DNA of 64,000 nucleotides from Nageia nagi (GCA_050084985.1 JBITNC010000001.1:198338001-198402000), one strand, 5' to 3'. Positions 22,701-37,212 are shown, numbered from the stretch's first letter. Numbers and translations are program-made. The notes: a model not told the origin generated them from the letters alone.

Positions 22701-24900
22701 CTAATAAAGATGCATTTTTCTAATTCATCATATAACTTATTCCTTTTATAAGAAACTATATAGGAAAAAACTTCACAACCAAAGACCTTGATTTATCCTT
22801 CTCAAGCTTTTGCATTTTCATTTTACCTAGGATGCAACTTTGACAAAGGCCAACGATAGGTGAGATTGAAAGTAATCCTTTAATAAAAGTTTGACTCTTC
22901 ATGAGTTGAATGCTTATATGATTGATGTGGCCTAATATTTTGTACCAAATATTAACTTTAGAATAAACATTAGTAGCTAGGAACATTTTTGAAGGCACTT
23001 CATCAACTATGTAGAGGTCATTTTTAATAGAGCCTTTTATCAAAGTGGCCAATCCTTTCCTTATGCTCTAAGAGTTTGCAGTAAACTCAAAGGAATATCA
23101 TTTTATTTCCTTTTGAATGATTGATATAAGATTCATTTTTAACTTAGACACATAGAGCACATTTTGAATTGCTTTACCATACATCAAGATGCTTCCTATC
23201 CTATGGAATTCAAGCATTGAATTATCACCAATCACAACTGCATCCTTTCTACATTTATGAAAATTTTAAAATCTATCTTTGTAAAAGCATATGTGATTAA
23301 TCCTGAATCAATCATCCAGTCATTTGTAGGTGCATGAGTCCAAGAGTAAATACCACAAACGTAACCACTTTTATTAGTTTCTTCCCTTTGAAATGGTTTA
23401 CCTTCTCTTTTCCATTTCTCTTTGCCTTTTTGTTCTTCTTGAAGAAAGAGGTTTCTTTATAGCCATAGATACCACAAAAGTTACAATTCCCATCAAATTT
23501 GACCTACCATTTGAATTGTTTATCTTGCTTTTGCCTTCATTATGCTTGTGGCCATTTTTCTTTACATTTATTTTGAGAGAAGAATGAGAAGACTTCTTAT
23601 GATTTTTGAAATTCTTCTTTAAGTGAGGCTTGGCTGCTCCTAGAGCAATATTGTGATATTTTGGTGTAGAAGACACTAATCCTTTCTTATTGAAAGTTTA
23701 TTCATTCTTTAAGAGAATCTAGAGAGATTCTATAAGGAGAAGGCTTGCTTTTCATCATCAAGCCTTGTTTCAATAACAGTCATAAAATGGATAAACTTGG
23801 ATGAAAGACATTATAGGATGATAAAACTATAAATTCATTATTGATATAATTACAACCACAACTCATAAGTTGACTCCTTAGATCAATAATGTTGGTCAAG
23901 AAGATTTCCATACTCTCATCCTCTCCTTGAAGAGTATGCAAGATATTTTGGAGGATGGTGAACCTTATAGAAAATTTTGTACCAAGATAAATTTGTTTAA
24001 GTTGATCCTAAGCTTCTTTTGTAGAGGTTGAACTTGTGATCATGTGAAGGGATTCATCTAAAACTTCTTGAAAAATCATATAAGTTGCCAACTCATTCTT
24101 TTTGCTATAAGACTCTAAAGCCTTTGCTTCTATAGGAGCACTTGATCTTCACTGTTTACCAAATTTTATGATCCTAAAGCTTTGTTTTCATCCTTGGTTA
24201 CCAGATACCATAATTGGAAATATCAAGGATGTGTTTTGGTGCAAATGAGTCACCCATTTTATACAAAATAAAATTACTTTAGATCAAGAGATTAAGAAAG
24301 CATAAATATTACACTTTTGTAAAAATTACATATTTTGTAAAAATTACAAGTTTGATCAATTTGTTAATCAATTATCCAATAAACATTGTAGTGATAACCA
24401 AAGTAATCAAACAAAATTAACCAACTTATTCATCATTTTTGAAATTGTAAAACTTGTATAAATTTGTGTAATTAAAGAAGTTTTAAGTTGTACTATTGCA
24501 ATTTATGTTAGTAGATTGTAGTTAGTAACTTTGTAGTTTGTAATTTAAAAGCTTAGATCATTTTGTTAGTTAGTAGTGTATTTATAGTTAGTGGTTAGTT
24601 ATAAAGCTATAAGAACTTTTACAATATGCTCTTTTTATCATAAGAGTCTTAACAAATTTTAACAAAGATAAAAAACACAATATGTTTTTAAGGAAGAATC
24701 ATTTCCAAGGGAAGATTCATTTCCATATCTATCAACCATTCGAATAAGATATATGATAAGAACCAACAAGTCTCATAGCAAGGTTTCATTACCTTGCAAG
24801 TATGAACCATTTTTCCAACTTGAGTGATTCTTATTTTGCATTAGTATTATTCCAAAGTCAATCTATATTATTCATGATGGCATTCATTTAATCTTCCAAA
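19746..24900 (-). mobile_element. Element E: Ty1/Copia retrotransposon (3' LTR ~19746-20204; 5' LTR not in view), integrase core deleted
   Basis: LTR/PPT junction tctaaca|ctccccctt at 20204/20205; Copia order gag-PR-IN-RT-RH on the minus strand. Outer boundaries approximate. Confidence 0.85.
20940..24257 (-). pseudogene. Degenerate Copia gag-pol (element E)
   Basis: Protease WMIDSG (~23310); GAG-pre-integrase WYKILGHIN...CQSCILGKM; RT GNKWVYKVK...ARLVAKDFAQKYGVDYEETFSP, LVYVDNLLITG; RNase H EIQAHFIREKV; many stops and frameshifts. Confidence 0.92.
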
Positions 24901-24920
24901 AAGAGGTATGCAAGGAGCTA

Positions 24921-25838
24921 TGGAGACCCCACACTTAGGAACCCTCGCCTCTAGGAAAGGCCCACGTTGCAATATCTAAAATATTGCTTGAAACATGATT
25001 GGATGATGATAATAAAATGAAATGGAGGTAGGGTTTAGAGTTTTTCCTTTTTGATGTAATACCCAAGGCTCCAAATAACCTCCAAAACAAGAGACAAAAG
25101 GAGTCTTATAGGTTTTAGGTCCTTAAGACCCTAGAACCATACAAATGTAGCTAGATAGATTGTAAGCCTCCAAACCTTGAATCAACAAGGTATTAGAAAA
25201 TAACACAATGCCTAAAATGCAAGCTAACATAAGATTAGAATAGACTAACTAAAACAACAACTAAACTAATCTATTCTAGCCTAAGTCTATAAGAGACTAG
25301 CCTAGAAGATACTAATATGCAAGCATGCATCAATAAATAAATGATAAACCCAAAAGAATATGATATAAGCCCTTTAATTTCCTATAAAAACCTAAAAAAA
25401 CACTTAAAATAATTATTAGTACCACAAAAACCAAGTCCACATGAGTTACCCAAGGTTTCTTGCAACATGAGGACAAAAATCCTCTTTTTGTTGCCTTTGA
25501 ATGTGATGGGTGAAGTTCCAAATGGAAGGTTTGAGGCCTAAAGCTGGAGTAGAAAGTTTGGAGTGCATAGGAAAACAAGAAGTCATGGGTTTTCCATTGT
25601 GAAAAATAAGTGAGAAGTGGGAAAACTAATTTTGAATTGAATTTATATAGTACTAGTGGGTGGATGGTTAGAGTTCAAAGTGATAAGGTGGTAACAAAGG
25701 GATAAGTTACCAAAATGAACTATGAAAATGGGATCGAGATAGAACAAATGGATGATAGGTTCATAATGAACTACAAGATAGGTAAAATCATTATAAATAA
25801 CCTAATATAGATGAATGAATAATTTTTAAGTGTCTACA
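24921..25838 (-). repeat. Probable 3' LTR of element F
   Basis: tggagacccc (~TGTAGAC) ... tgtctaca, followed by gatgcccttttt (degenerate PPT); no partner LTR in the window. Confidence 0.6.
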
Positions 25839-27968
25839 GATGCCCTTTTTGTGTTGATTTTCATGAGATGTAAATTGCAACATAAAAATAGGTGAAGTGT
25901 GTGCAATGTGATAATGATGGGATGGACAACATCATCACATAAAGAGCACATATGGCTATAATACATCATAGTGCCAATAATTTTATGTTGTAACTAGTTT
26001 ATTTCTTGATGCAATGGACTATGCTATAAGCAATCAAGATGTACCTATGGCTAGAACACATTGTAGTATCATCACTATCATGCTATAACCAGTTGATACT
26101 TAGGATGATAAGATAGGACAAGATATGAATAGTAAGTGATCATAGAGTGGAATGTAAAAAGCAAACTAAACAAAATAAATAACAAAAGCAAATTATCTCT
26201 ACTTTTTCCCAGTAGTCAAAGGAAAAAAAAAGGAAAAGGAAACTGATCTCTACTTTGCCCCATCAATCAAAGGGAACAAAAATGATTTTTACTTGACCCA
26301 AAAATTGAGAGATGAAGTGATTATACTTTTCCATAGTATTCAAAGGAAAAGAAATGATTTTGCTTTACCCTAGTAGTCAAGGGATGAAATGATGCAAAGT
26401 TAAGATGAGAGCTAGTGTCGATGCATGATAAGACATATAAGATCACCTTGAAAGTTTGAACCAAGTTTGGTTTTGGCATATGACATTCCATATAATACTA
26501 ATATGGAGAGATAAATCATATGCTCATAGACCTAATAGGTATTGGGTTGCAACATGTAGGCATGCAACACCTAAATAAGAGACTATACTAAATGATAAAT
26601 GATATAAGTGCTAGAGTGATTAGGACCAAAAGATAATGCAAGATGGACATGCTCTTTTTTGCAAAAATGGATCACACCTATGGGGGCACCTAACAAGACA
26701 ATATGATAGGGATCATAAAAGAAGTAAGTGATAAGGAATAAAAGGTTTCTTGTATTCCTTATTTGAGATGAGAAAACCAAGAAAACTAAATATAATGAGC
26801 AAAATACGAGTATAAGAACTTGATTAAGGAAGGGTGAACTACATGTGTGAGATAAATTGTACCTATGGGTTGCTTAGCAAAATAATGCAATCAAGATCAT
26901 GAAAGAGATAAGTGAGTATATCCTCCTTAAGTTGGGAGAAGGTACCAGGATAGGGGCTCAAGCATCTAGTTAATTGATGAGCAAAAGGGATGGGGGAAAG
27001 GTGAAAGAACTAAAGGAGAATAGCTGATGGGACATCTAGGAGGTAGGGGGAATAAAATAAAAAGGTTGATTCAAATTTGTCATTTGCACACCTATCCTTG
27101 CATGAATGGAGATTTTATCTAGAGAGATTATTCCATTCCCAACTATGCTAGATTTACTAGGAGCTAACTAGGAGAGATGGCAACCATAGCAAGAGCTAGA
27201 CATGATACACAATGTGGCCCACCTGAAGGAGGAGCAATTGCTTGCATAAGTGGGTAAGTCTTGAAAAATGTGACCATTTGGAATTTTGAAAGCATGGCTA
27301 GGTAGAGGATACACACATTAAGTGTAAAAATGTAATTTATTTTTGATTTTGCCAGTTAAATTTGGCATAAAATGAAGAAAATCATAGACAACATGTAAAA
27401 ATAGGGTATTAAATTTTAGGAGAACCAATAGACCAAATTCAATAAGGTAAGACTTAAAGTGATTACAACAACACATAAAATATTTTTTTTAGAGAAAAAT
27501 TTAAGTTTAGGACCCAAAACACTAGAAATATACAAGTTTTTAGGGCTCAGGGCATGGGGTTTTTGGCCTTGGCCTTGACTCTGCTAGCTGATGGGCTCTA
27601 GATTGGTCCTAATTTAGGGGCTAGTTGGAATCCCATCAATTAGCATCTAGCTAATCTCAAACCAAATTAGCTAGATGGTTAGTCAACTGCCCAATTGGTT
27701 CACTAATTGATCTATAAGATGTTGGCTAATTCAAATTAGTCAATTTATTATAGATTGGTTAGAAATAAACATAAAAGAGAGGCTACAAGACACATGAAAA
27801 GTCATAAATAGACCAAAAAACTCATAGGGTTGACTGACTAGGAATCATAGGACTAGGAAAACATAGACAAGACTAGTAACTTAAAATAGAGAGGACTAAC
27901 TTAACAAAATAGATACTTACAAAACACAACAAAAGGACTAACATAGGACTTGTTTAAATGAGTTTCAG

Positions 27969-29900
27969 GTGAAGACTTGGCACAAGTTCAAGCTTGTCCT
28001 AAAGGATGTGCATAGGGCATTGGATGACATTGACTGGGTATGGTTGGAGGCTATAGACTTGGTATGGGCCACCCAATTGAGGATCATGATAGTGGAATAA
28101 ACATATGTTTACACCCTAGTGGAGCATTAGGATGGCCAATGGAACACCTTTTACTTCCCTATTAGCAAGATGATAATCATGCTAGAGAATGTCTATAGGA
28201 TATTCAAGGTTCTCATCAAGGGTAGGATATTGATAGTGATGAGCTCAAGGATCTAGACTATGTAGAGGATGTTTAGGTATGAATGGTAGACCATTGATAT
28301 CGAATATGATAGAGTAGATTATACCATCACATATGAGGGGTTGGTGATAGCCTAGGAGGCTATAATGATGATATAAATCAACAAAATTTTACTTATAGAT
28401 ACCAATGGCCATATGATCCCTTAGAATCTATTGGATATTATTAGAGACATCATGGAGGATGGTGTAGTGTATGCATGGGCCCTAGCAATCCTCTAGCAAA
28501 TGTACATGCAACTGGAGGATTGATAGTAAAGCAAATTTGGGATCACAGCATCCCTACTGATATAAATTTGGGTGTGGGAGTATGTGCAAGTGGCATGAAC
28601 CCATAAATTACCTTTTGAAATTCATAATATGGTGGAGGTTGACCTAGAGGTGCTTGTAGCAGGGTGGGAGCCACCTATGCTTGATGATGGGCATAAGAGC
28701 ATGAGTCACCCAAGAGGTGAGCCTATGAGGGTATGTACACATGGAATAGGAGCATATGGACAAGCTTAAGAGTAGAGGACATTATGTTCAAGCCCTAGAG
28801 AGGAGGCCTAGTATGGGTTGAGGATTCAAAGTAGCTAGTGCAAGTGTGTTGATCCCATGACTTATGAAAGAAGAGACATAGGGATGTGGAGGTTTATCGA
28901 TATGAGTGGGTGATCCAAAAGCATAATATCATCAAGAATGTACCTCTAGATCTAGAGCTTTACTATCATATTGAGGTACAATGGGACCTAGAAAGATGGT
29001 GCTACATGGAGCTAGATGTACCTCTTGACATAACAATGATCATACATGGAGTGAGTGGTTGTAGATGGGGTGCTATAGGCATCATCTCTAGTAGGAGCAA
29101 GAGGGTAGGGAGGATAAGTAGGAGGAGCAGTAGCAATAGTAGCACTTGATGCACCTATAGGATAGGTGACTAGAGAGCCTATAGGAGTAGAGATGGGTGT
29201 AGAAGGAGATGATGAGCCATTTGATTAGGAAAAATTTGATGTTATGATGGGTACCTTTAAGGGTGAGTAGGAGGATCATAAGGTAGAGATTTTGGTAGAG
29301 TATGATCAAGCCTTGGGTGAGAGGGATGCCACCCTATATCAAAGGGACATAATCATCATCAAGAGAGATACAACCATGATTAAGAGAGACATAATAGTGA
29401 ATCAAAGGGATATGATGAAAATGTAGGGGGATACAATGTAGGCATAGGTCATAAGATTGTAGGTGTAGTTAGATGCAGTGCTAGTTGAAGGAAACTATCC
29501 AACCTAGTTATTGGTGGTGACAATGAGGATACAGGTTCCATGCATAGAGGCAAGCATGCAAATAGAGGAGGCCATAATAGGTACCAAAAAATAGATAGAG
29601 GAAACCACATAGATGGAGGCCACACTAATCAACCACCACACATATTAGATGGTGATGGACTAGTGGTAGCAAGAGGTAATGAGGGAACTCACCTTCCATG
29701 GATAGCTAGTGGTAGTAGGGATATCAATCATAGAGCTTGTGTCTGGAGGGAGGAGCCAATCCAAGATCTAAAGTCACATTCATATGATCGTGATCATGTA
29801 GAGTGTGTGGCAATTATTCCATGAGGGTAGGCCCAACAAGTGGGGTATTCAAGGTGCCCCAAACTCTAGGTGGTGACATAGGGATTAGAGGATGAGAGGG
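27969..29900 (+). pseudogene. Plant Mobile Domain (aminotransferase-like, MAIN/MAIL-related) gene carried antisense in element F
   Basis: One frame from 27969 reads TLVEH*DGQWNTFYFPISKMIIMLENVYRIFKVLIKG ... YAWALAIL*QMYMQL ... SLLI*IWVWEY. This matches the PMD motifs LVERW..T.TFHLP.GEMTITLEDV..ILGLPI.G, YSWG.A.LA.LY..L and LLQ.W.WE. The 3' end is approximate (low-complexity tail). Confidence 0.85.
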
Positions 29901-32339
29901 GTTAGGCAAGACACCTACACTCCCTAGATAGGAACATAGGGGATAAGATTGATCACTCTAGATGCAAATATGATATGTTTTGACTAGAGGATAGTGTCAA
30001 GTGCCCTAGTAGCACATAGTTTTGATTATTTTGTATTTTTGAACATGTATATGCAAGACCATGTGATGTATAGAAACATTATTTTGATGTATGATATGAA
30101 ATGTTTGAATTTTCTATATGTATGAATGATAACTATTATATGGATGGATATGCATTATTTAACAACACTACTATATGAGATGATATTATGTTATATGCTG
30201 ATGTGTTTGGTGTGGATGCATTTACTTTCATGTTACATGGGTTTTACTTATATGCCATGTATAAGATAATCAATGAATGTAACAAAACTAAAAATGAACC
30301 CTAAAATGAATACTTAAAATGATCATGATAAAGACAACTTAAAATGCACCTAAAATGAATTTAAAATGAACTTGCATGTTTAATGACATCACTTGGATAA
30401 TGAACCTATATGCTTTAACACACACAAAAGAAACAAACACAAAATGGAAAATATAAATGGTGAAGATGGAAAAACAAGTATGAAATACAAATAAAGGATA
30501 ATGAAAAATAACAAAATGGTAAACAAGCACTAAAAATGACAAATAAAATGAACCTAAAACATGACCAAAGAAATGACTAGAAAAAGATAAAATCAGACTA
30601 AAAGTTAATAAAAAAATAATAATGACACATGAAAACATGAAAAAATACAAAAATAAATGAACCATAATGATAAACAACACTAAAAAGTAAGAAAAATAAG
30701 TTAAAATGTTGCATGATTTTCCTCAAAATGGTGCATAAAATGAGGCAAAAGACATGTCACCAAGACCCCTTCAAAACACTTGACACACATTGATCATGGC
30801 CATTACAAATACAGACTAAGTTAGAATGCTACCGAAAGATAACTTAGTTGGACCAAAATTGAACCAAAGTGAAAAGATACTTTTGAAAAAGTGAAAAATT
30901 ATGAAATTTGATGGATAATAACAAGCAACCATGTTGATGATTTGATGAACTATGTTGACAATATGATAGATGGTTGTACAAACTAAGCACAAGATCAAAC
31001 AATTAAAAAAATGGAGTCCATTTTACCTATTTATGAAGTCCAAATCAAAGGTAACTTATCAAGGTGTGACACCTTTCAGTAGTCATTGAAAAGTTGTCAT
31101 TCCAAGTAGCCACAGAATCGACTTTTGAAAAAATATCAAACGATGGGATATGGGATTGAAATTTGTCACGATGACCATGTTTACATCAAAGAAGGATTAG
31201 AAAAATATGGATATGAAAATGGAGGTCATATGATGAATCAAAAATATAAATCAAATAGCCAATTTTTATAAGGTTTAAATTTTAGGACTTGCATCCCTAA
31301 AATAGGAAACTATGATAAATGGATTCAAAATACAACAAAATTGGATAGGGTGACTCAAAATGATATAAAAATACCACAAAAGACTAATTTTAAAAAATAG
31401 ATGAAAAATAACCATGTATGCATGCATGAGCATCAAGGTGCCACAAAGAATGAAGTACTAACTTAGGGCTAGTGGAAAATGACCAAAATATATAAACTAA
31501 AAATTACCAACATGAAGATCAATGATAAATAGAGTGACTAGACACCAAAACATAACTAGAGCTAATGATAAGATAAAAACATGAGTGAAGAAAATGAAAA
31601 AAATTATGAAATGAAAAGATAAGAGATGTGATGTCAAAGGAGGCCAAAATGCATCTCAAGTCATCTACAACATAAGGATTTATCTCAGAAACCATGATAG
31701 TCTCAACCTATGGTCAAACTCAAGGGAATGATGAAAGGAAACCCGTAGTGGTTGTGACCCAAGTGGTTATGTCTTCATTGGGAACCATAGATGGGACAAG
31801 ATGATAAGAGAAAATGAATGGACATACAAAATTTTCAATGATATGACATGATGCAAGAAATAAAAAAATGATGGTTGAACCCTTCTAGGTACTTAAGGGA
31901 CTGACTTCTATGCATGTTCAGGATTGTACTTGCTCTACTAGGGATTCAAGAGATAATGTCCAATGGTCAACCTAAAGGATAACCAAGATTGATACCAAAT
32001 AACATGAGCAATGAAAATGATAAAATGTGAATATAGATGCATAGAGTAGGAAAGGACATGACACAAGGTGATGAGGAGCTAAGTGAATATGGTCCTACAT
32101 CATAGTATTCTCAAGTGAAAAATTATGAAAGGATGGATAGGCTTGAGTATCGACTCCTGATGAGGTGATTCAAAATAAACAAAGGGATGAATGGCACAAA
32201 GTGGTAGAACACATAAGAGGAAAACAAGTACCTACACATAAGGTACCATATCCCATCTCGAGATGGATGAGAAGATGAAGGTGAGCAAGATGACATGAAG
32301 ATGAACAATATTGATACAATAAAAATATGAAAAGCAAAA

Positions 32340-35300
32340 TCCAAGCATAAAAAGGATGAATATGGATGATATTGATAGGCTCAAGTTCTTCTCTTCCTTT
32401 TAAATTAATGAGGTGTACACACTTAAACCAATATTATGCTTAACGATGTAGGGGCCTAGCCAATTTGGGGCAAACTTGTCCCTAAGAGGAAGCTCAAGAT
32501 GGGATTGTTGTTGGTTCTTTTTAAGAACAAGATCACCAACTTGGAACTCATGAGGTTGGAATTTCTTATTAAATGCTCATTAATATGCTCTTGATAAATA
32601 TTATGATGCTCAATCGCATTGATGCACCTCTCACTAAGAAAAGTAAGTTGGTCCAACTAAACTTGATAAGCTTCTTTGTTGGAGATAAAGTCCTTAAGCA
32701 ATATGCATAGGAAGAGATTTCAAGCTCAAGAGGAATGATAGCCTCCACATCATAAATGAGGGAAAAGAGATTAGCATTCATGGACATTTGAATACTATGT
32801 AATATGACCACAAATCATATGATAGACACTCATGCAAATTATGATGATTATCATTAACCATTTTCTTGAGAATCATGATAATCATCTTATTGGTGTCTTC
32901 AACTTAACCACTAGCTTGAGGCTAGCAAGGTTTGGAGAATGATTGTTTGATATGGTATCGATTGCAAATTCCCCTCATATGTTGATTATTAAAGTTAGGA
33001 TCATTATTAGTAAGGATCCTTGTAGGAATACTAATCAACATATGATATGATTCTCTATGAAAGATACTATATTGGGATCCATAGTCGAGATTGAAGCAAC
33101 TACCTCTACCCACTTGGTAAGGTACTCAATGGTAGTGGTAATGAACTTATGATTACTAGATGAAGGATGGAAAAATTGATCAATTAGATTGAAACTCACT
33201 AGACAAAAGGCCACATGGCTTGGATAGGTTGAAGAGATTGAGAGGGCAAGTGTTGAAGATGGTCATGTTGTTGACACTTGATACATTTCTTAATATATTT
33301 ATTATAATCACATTCCATGGTAGGCCAATAATAACCCATCCATAAGATACATTTAGTGATAGTAGTGTCATTGATGTGGTCACCATAAATGCCATCATGA
33401 CAATATAACATGGTAATTTGTTGGTCACGAAGCTTGAGATAAAGAAGAAGGATTACATCACAAGACCACTTATAAAGGATATCACCTAGAAGAATGTATT
33501 AAGTAGCATGATTCTTGAAATCATGCTTCTCATTGGGAGACATCATAAGATATGGCATTCCACTTGAGGTACTCATGAAGTTGCTTGTACCACAAGTCTT
33601 GAGACTCAATTGAAATATCATCGATACTAAATTTGGTAAGAGGGAAAGAAAAAGACAACTTGAGGGGTGAATCCTTGATAATAACAAGTTTTGCATGTTG
33701 GATGTGTCAATGTGGATTAGGTGGAATAAGTGACCTTAAGGAAGCCATGGTGTCTATAAACCAATTAGAAGACCTCAGGTTGACTTGATCTTATGAGATT
33801 TGAAGAACTTGAGGAGCTTGATAGCATCTTCCCTATAAGACCTAAGGAGTTCATTATGATATTAATAAACTCCCAATACTTGGTTGATGACTAAGAGAGA
33901 GTCATTATATATCATGAGTCTCTTAATATTAAGGTTGATGGTAGTCCTAAGATCTAGAATTAGGGCTTCATATTTTGCATTGTTATTGGTACAAGGGAAA
34001 TACAAATTGAAGGAATAAGGGATAGGGACACCATAAGGCATGAAGAATACCACTCTTGTGCCACCCCATTTATCACACTTAGATCTGTTAAAATACATAG
34101 TCATGTCAAAGTCTTTATAAGCATCAATAGAGTCCTCCTCTTTGTCAATCTTAAAGATATCCTCATCAAGGAGATTGATATTGAGTGGAGAACTATTGAG
34201 AAAAGGGGCTTTAGCCAATTGATCAGGTATAACCTAACCCTTAATGTATTTATAACTAACAAACTCAAGGTTAAACTTAGATAAAAATATGAGCCACTTG
34301 GATGTTCTTGAATTATGATAAGTCTTGGTCATCATATGCTGGAGGGGATTAGCATGAGAAATTAAGTAAATCATATGACTAAGCATGTAGTGATGTAATT
34401 TATTCACTATGAAGATTATGGCAAGGCAAAATATGCTCTATATAGATGTACCTAAGATCATAATAAATGAGGGTATGATTGAGGTAATATATGGGTTGCT
34501 CCTTGCATTGAGCATTCTTTTGAGCAAGCATGACTCCTAAAGCAAAATTGATCATATAAAGGTAAAGATAGAAATGAATACTATCCTTAGAAGGGATCAA
34601 GATAGGAGGAGTGGTGAGATAGGGTCTAATATCATCAAGATTTTGTTAACACTTCTCATTCTACTCAATGACCATGCCCTTCTTAAAGAGCTTATTAAAA
34701 GGATGACACCTATCTAAAAGCTGACCTATAAATCAAAGAATAGCCTAGATCTTACTCTGAAGACTCCTTAAGGTCTTAATATTATGAGGAGGAATATTGA
34801 TGATAGCCCTAACCTTTCTAGAGTCAATCTCAATGCCTTTTTTATACATAATTAAACCTAGAAGCTTACTTGACATGACACCAAAAACATACTTGTTAGG
34901 GTTAAACCTAATGTTATGTTTGGGAAGATGGTGAAAGACCTTGAAAAGAACATCCTAATTTCCTTTACATGTCTTGTACTTGGATAAAATATCATCAACA
35001 TAATCCTCAACAATATCATGCATCATGTTATAAAATATATAATTCATGGCCCTTTGATAGATAGCTCCTACATTCTTGAGATCAAAAGGCATGACTCAAT
35101 AACAATAGATACCCTAAGGGATGGTGAAAGCCATTTTATGCTAATCATCAAGATTTATTAAAATTTTTTTATAACTTGAAAAATCATCCATAAGAGACAA
35201 CATCTCATACCTTGCAATATTATCAAATAAGATATCGATATTGAGTAATAGGAAGTCATCCTTAGGACACATCTTGTTAAGATCATGAAAATTCATGCAA

Positions 35301-35577
35301 ATATGGATACAACCATCAGATTGATTTATGGGAACCATATTAAAAAACCACTTGGGTTAATCAATTGATTCAATGAAGTGAGCCTTCAAAATTTTTTGAA
35401 GCTCATCCTTGATCAAAAGAGATTGGGTTGGATTAAACTTTCTAGGTTTTTGCTTAATCTATTTGGCATCGGGATAAGTCATGATGTTATGCACAATAAC
35501 ATTAGGATCTAAACCTAGCATGGCACTATAATCAAATACCACTAACAAATATGATATTAATATCCTCAGGGTCATCA
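32340..35577 (-). pseudogene. pol of element F: RT-RH-aRH-integrase
   Basis: RT LSLMDDFSSYKKI (35141-35338); RH ALGVMLAQ...PIYYL; additional RNase H MYFNRSK...CTNNNAKYEALIL (33862-34218); IN zinc finger CHDGIYGDH...GYYWPTM..C..CQ. Confidence 0.9.
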
Positions 35578-35582
35578 CTAAT

Positions 35583-37212
35583 TATTTCAAATAAAAGTTA
35601 TCTCTTTTAGGATCACTTAAACTTGAACATTTAACTAGTGTGTGGAGGCTAGACTAGGCCTTATAAGTAGAAACTATAGAAACAAATTTGGTCAAAACCA
35701 CTAAGGAGGCTTTTTAAAGCCATCCTTTTGATAATAATAAGCTCAAATTATCACAACATGAATATTTAAAAGTGGTGTTATGAAACACCAAAGATTACCT
35801 AATAATACAATTTTGGATGATGGTACCTGATGTAGTTGATCGAATCCTAAGGTGAGTCCAAGTTGTCCTTTCTATTTAAACATGGTGACCTAGGAATTTA
35901 TAAAATATGGGGGTATTTCCTAAATGTGGGGTATTTTAATATCAAAATATGATGACCTTAGGTGTTTCACAACCTATAATAACAACAGATAAGATTCAAA
36001 ATTCAATTCTGAATACAGGATGAGATAAGCCTACTATAGAAATAGAACATGAAAATAATGTTAAAAAGTGTGATGGGTGTGTTTTTGGTTTAATAGGAGG
36101 AATAAAGCTTGGAATGATTGATTCTATCTTACCCCAAGACCAATGGCTTCCAATCATTCTTCTCAGATGCTTGTGGGAGATTCAAGATGTAGAAGCTCTC
36201 AAATTCCTCACTTCCAAGACTCAAGAATCAACAAATTCAAAGCTCAATGTTTGCACCAATTTCTAGCCACAAAATGGAGATGTAGACATGATTAAAAATA
36301 TTTTTGATATATGCCAAATCATCAATCTATAATCCATATGAATTTCAATCTAAAAATGATTTTTGCTTTGTTGATCTTTGATTGAATTTGAATTAGATTG
36401 ACATAGAATTTGATTGGAGACAAATTGGAGATATATGCATTTAGTTCTCTTGTATTTTGTCCATTGAGCATATTTGGAGCATAACCACTAACTCATAAAT
36501 CAGTAACTAGAGTCTCATATTTTCCTATTGGGTTAATCATCATTGACATGGTAAGAAGAGGTGTAAATTCTATCCAATTATTTTCTTGCAAGATAAGTAA
36601 TAAATAAATTAGTCATATTAATGTGATAAAAATTAATAATCATCAATATAATGATAACTTTGATAATGTAAAGCAAATGATTAAATATAATCAACATGAC
36701 TAATGTTAATTATACTTTAGGCATAAATAGCTATGATCAAAATTATAAATAACATGACTAATGTTAATTACAATTTTAAAATTAATGACTATAGTTTGAA
36801 CTACAATAAATATGACTAAATTTAATTACCCTTTAACCATAAATGACTATGATTGAAAATATAATTAATATAACTAATATTAATTATCTTTTTGAAATGA
36901 TTATGATTGAAATGTAATAAATATGACTAATTTTAATTGAAATGTATAAGTAAATGATTATGATCAAAAATACATTAAACATGACTTAGTTTAATTGCAA
37001 TTTATAAGCAAATGATTATGATAAAAAATACATTAAATAATACTAAGTTTAACTGCATTTTCCAAAGAAAATAACTATGATCAACTAATACTCAATATGA
37101 AAAATATTAAGAATCATTAAATGTAATCATATTGATTGAATAAACAAGCATGTCAATGATAAAATAACATTGTATCACATGTAGTGCATACTACTAGATT
37201 TAGATGTCTACA
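35583..37212 (-). repeat. 3' LTR of element G (1630 bp)
   Basis: t(a)tttcaaataaaagt...gatgtctaca; direct repeat of 48005-49758. Confidence 0.95.
36675..37100. repeat. ~58-bp minisatellite inside the 3' LTR of G (~8 units)
   Basis: Unit approximately aaatgactatgatcaaaaatacattaaacatgactaagtttaattgcaatttccaag. Confidence 0.88.

Noticed and set aside
30339-30680. Hydrophobic 113-aa minus-strand ORF as an env-like membrane protein
   Set aside because: Artefact of an A-rich low-complexity tract; 38248-38652 and 52556-52774 are similar hydrophobic ORFs in AT-rich non-coding sequence.
36675-37100. CRISPR-like array
   Set aside because: Contiguous degenerate tandem units without unique spacers, inside a plant LTR, with no cas genes.
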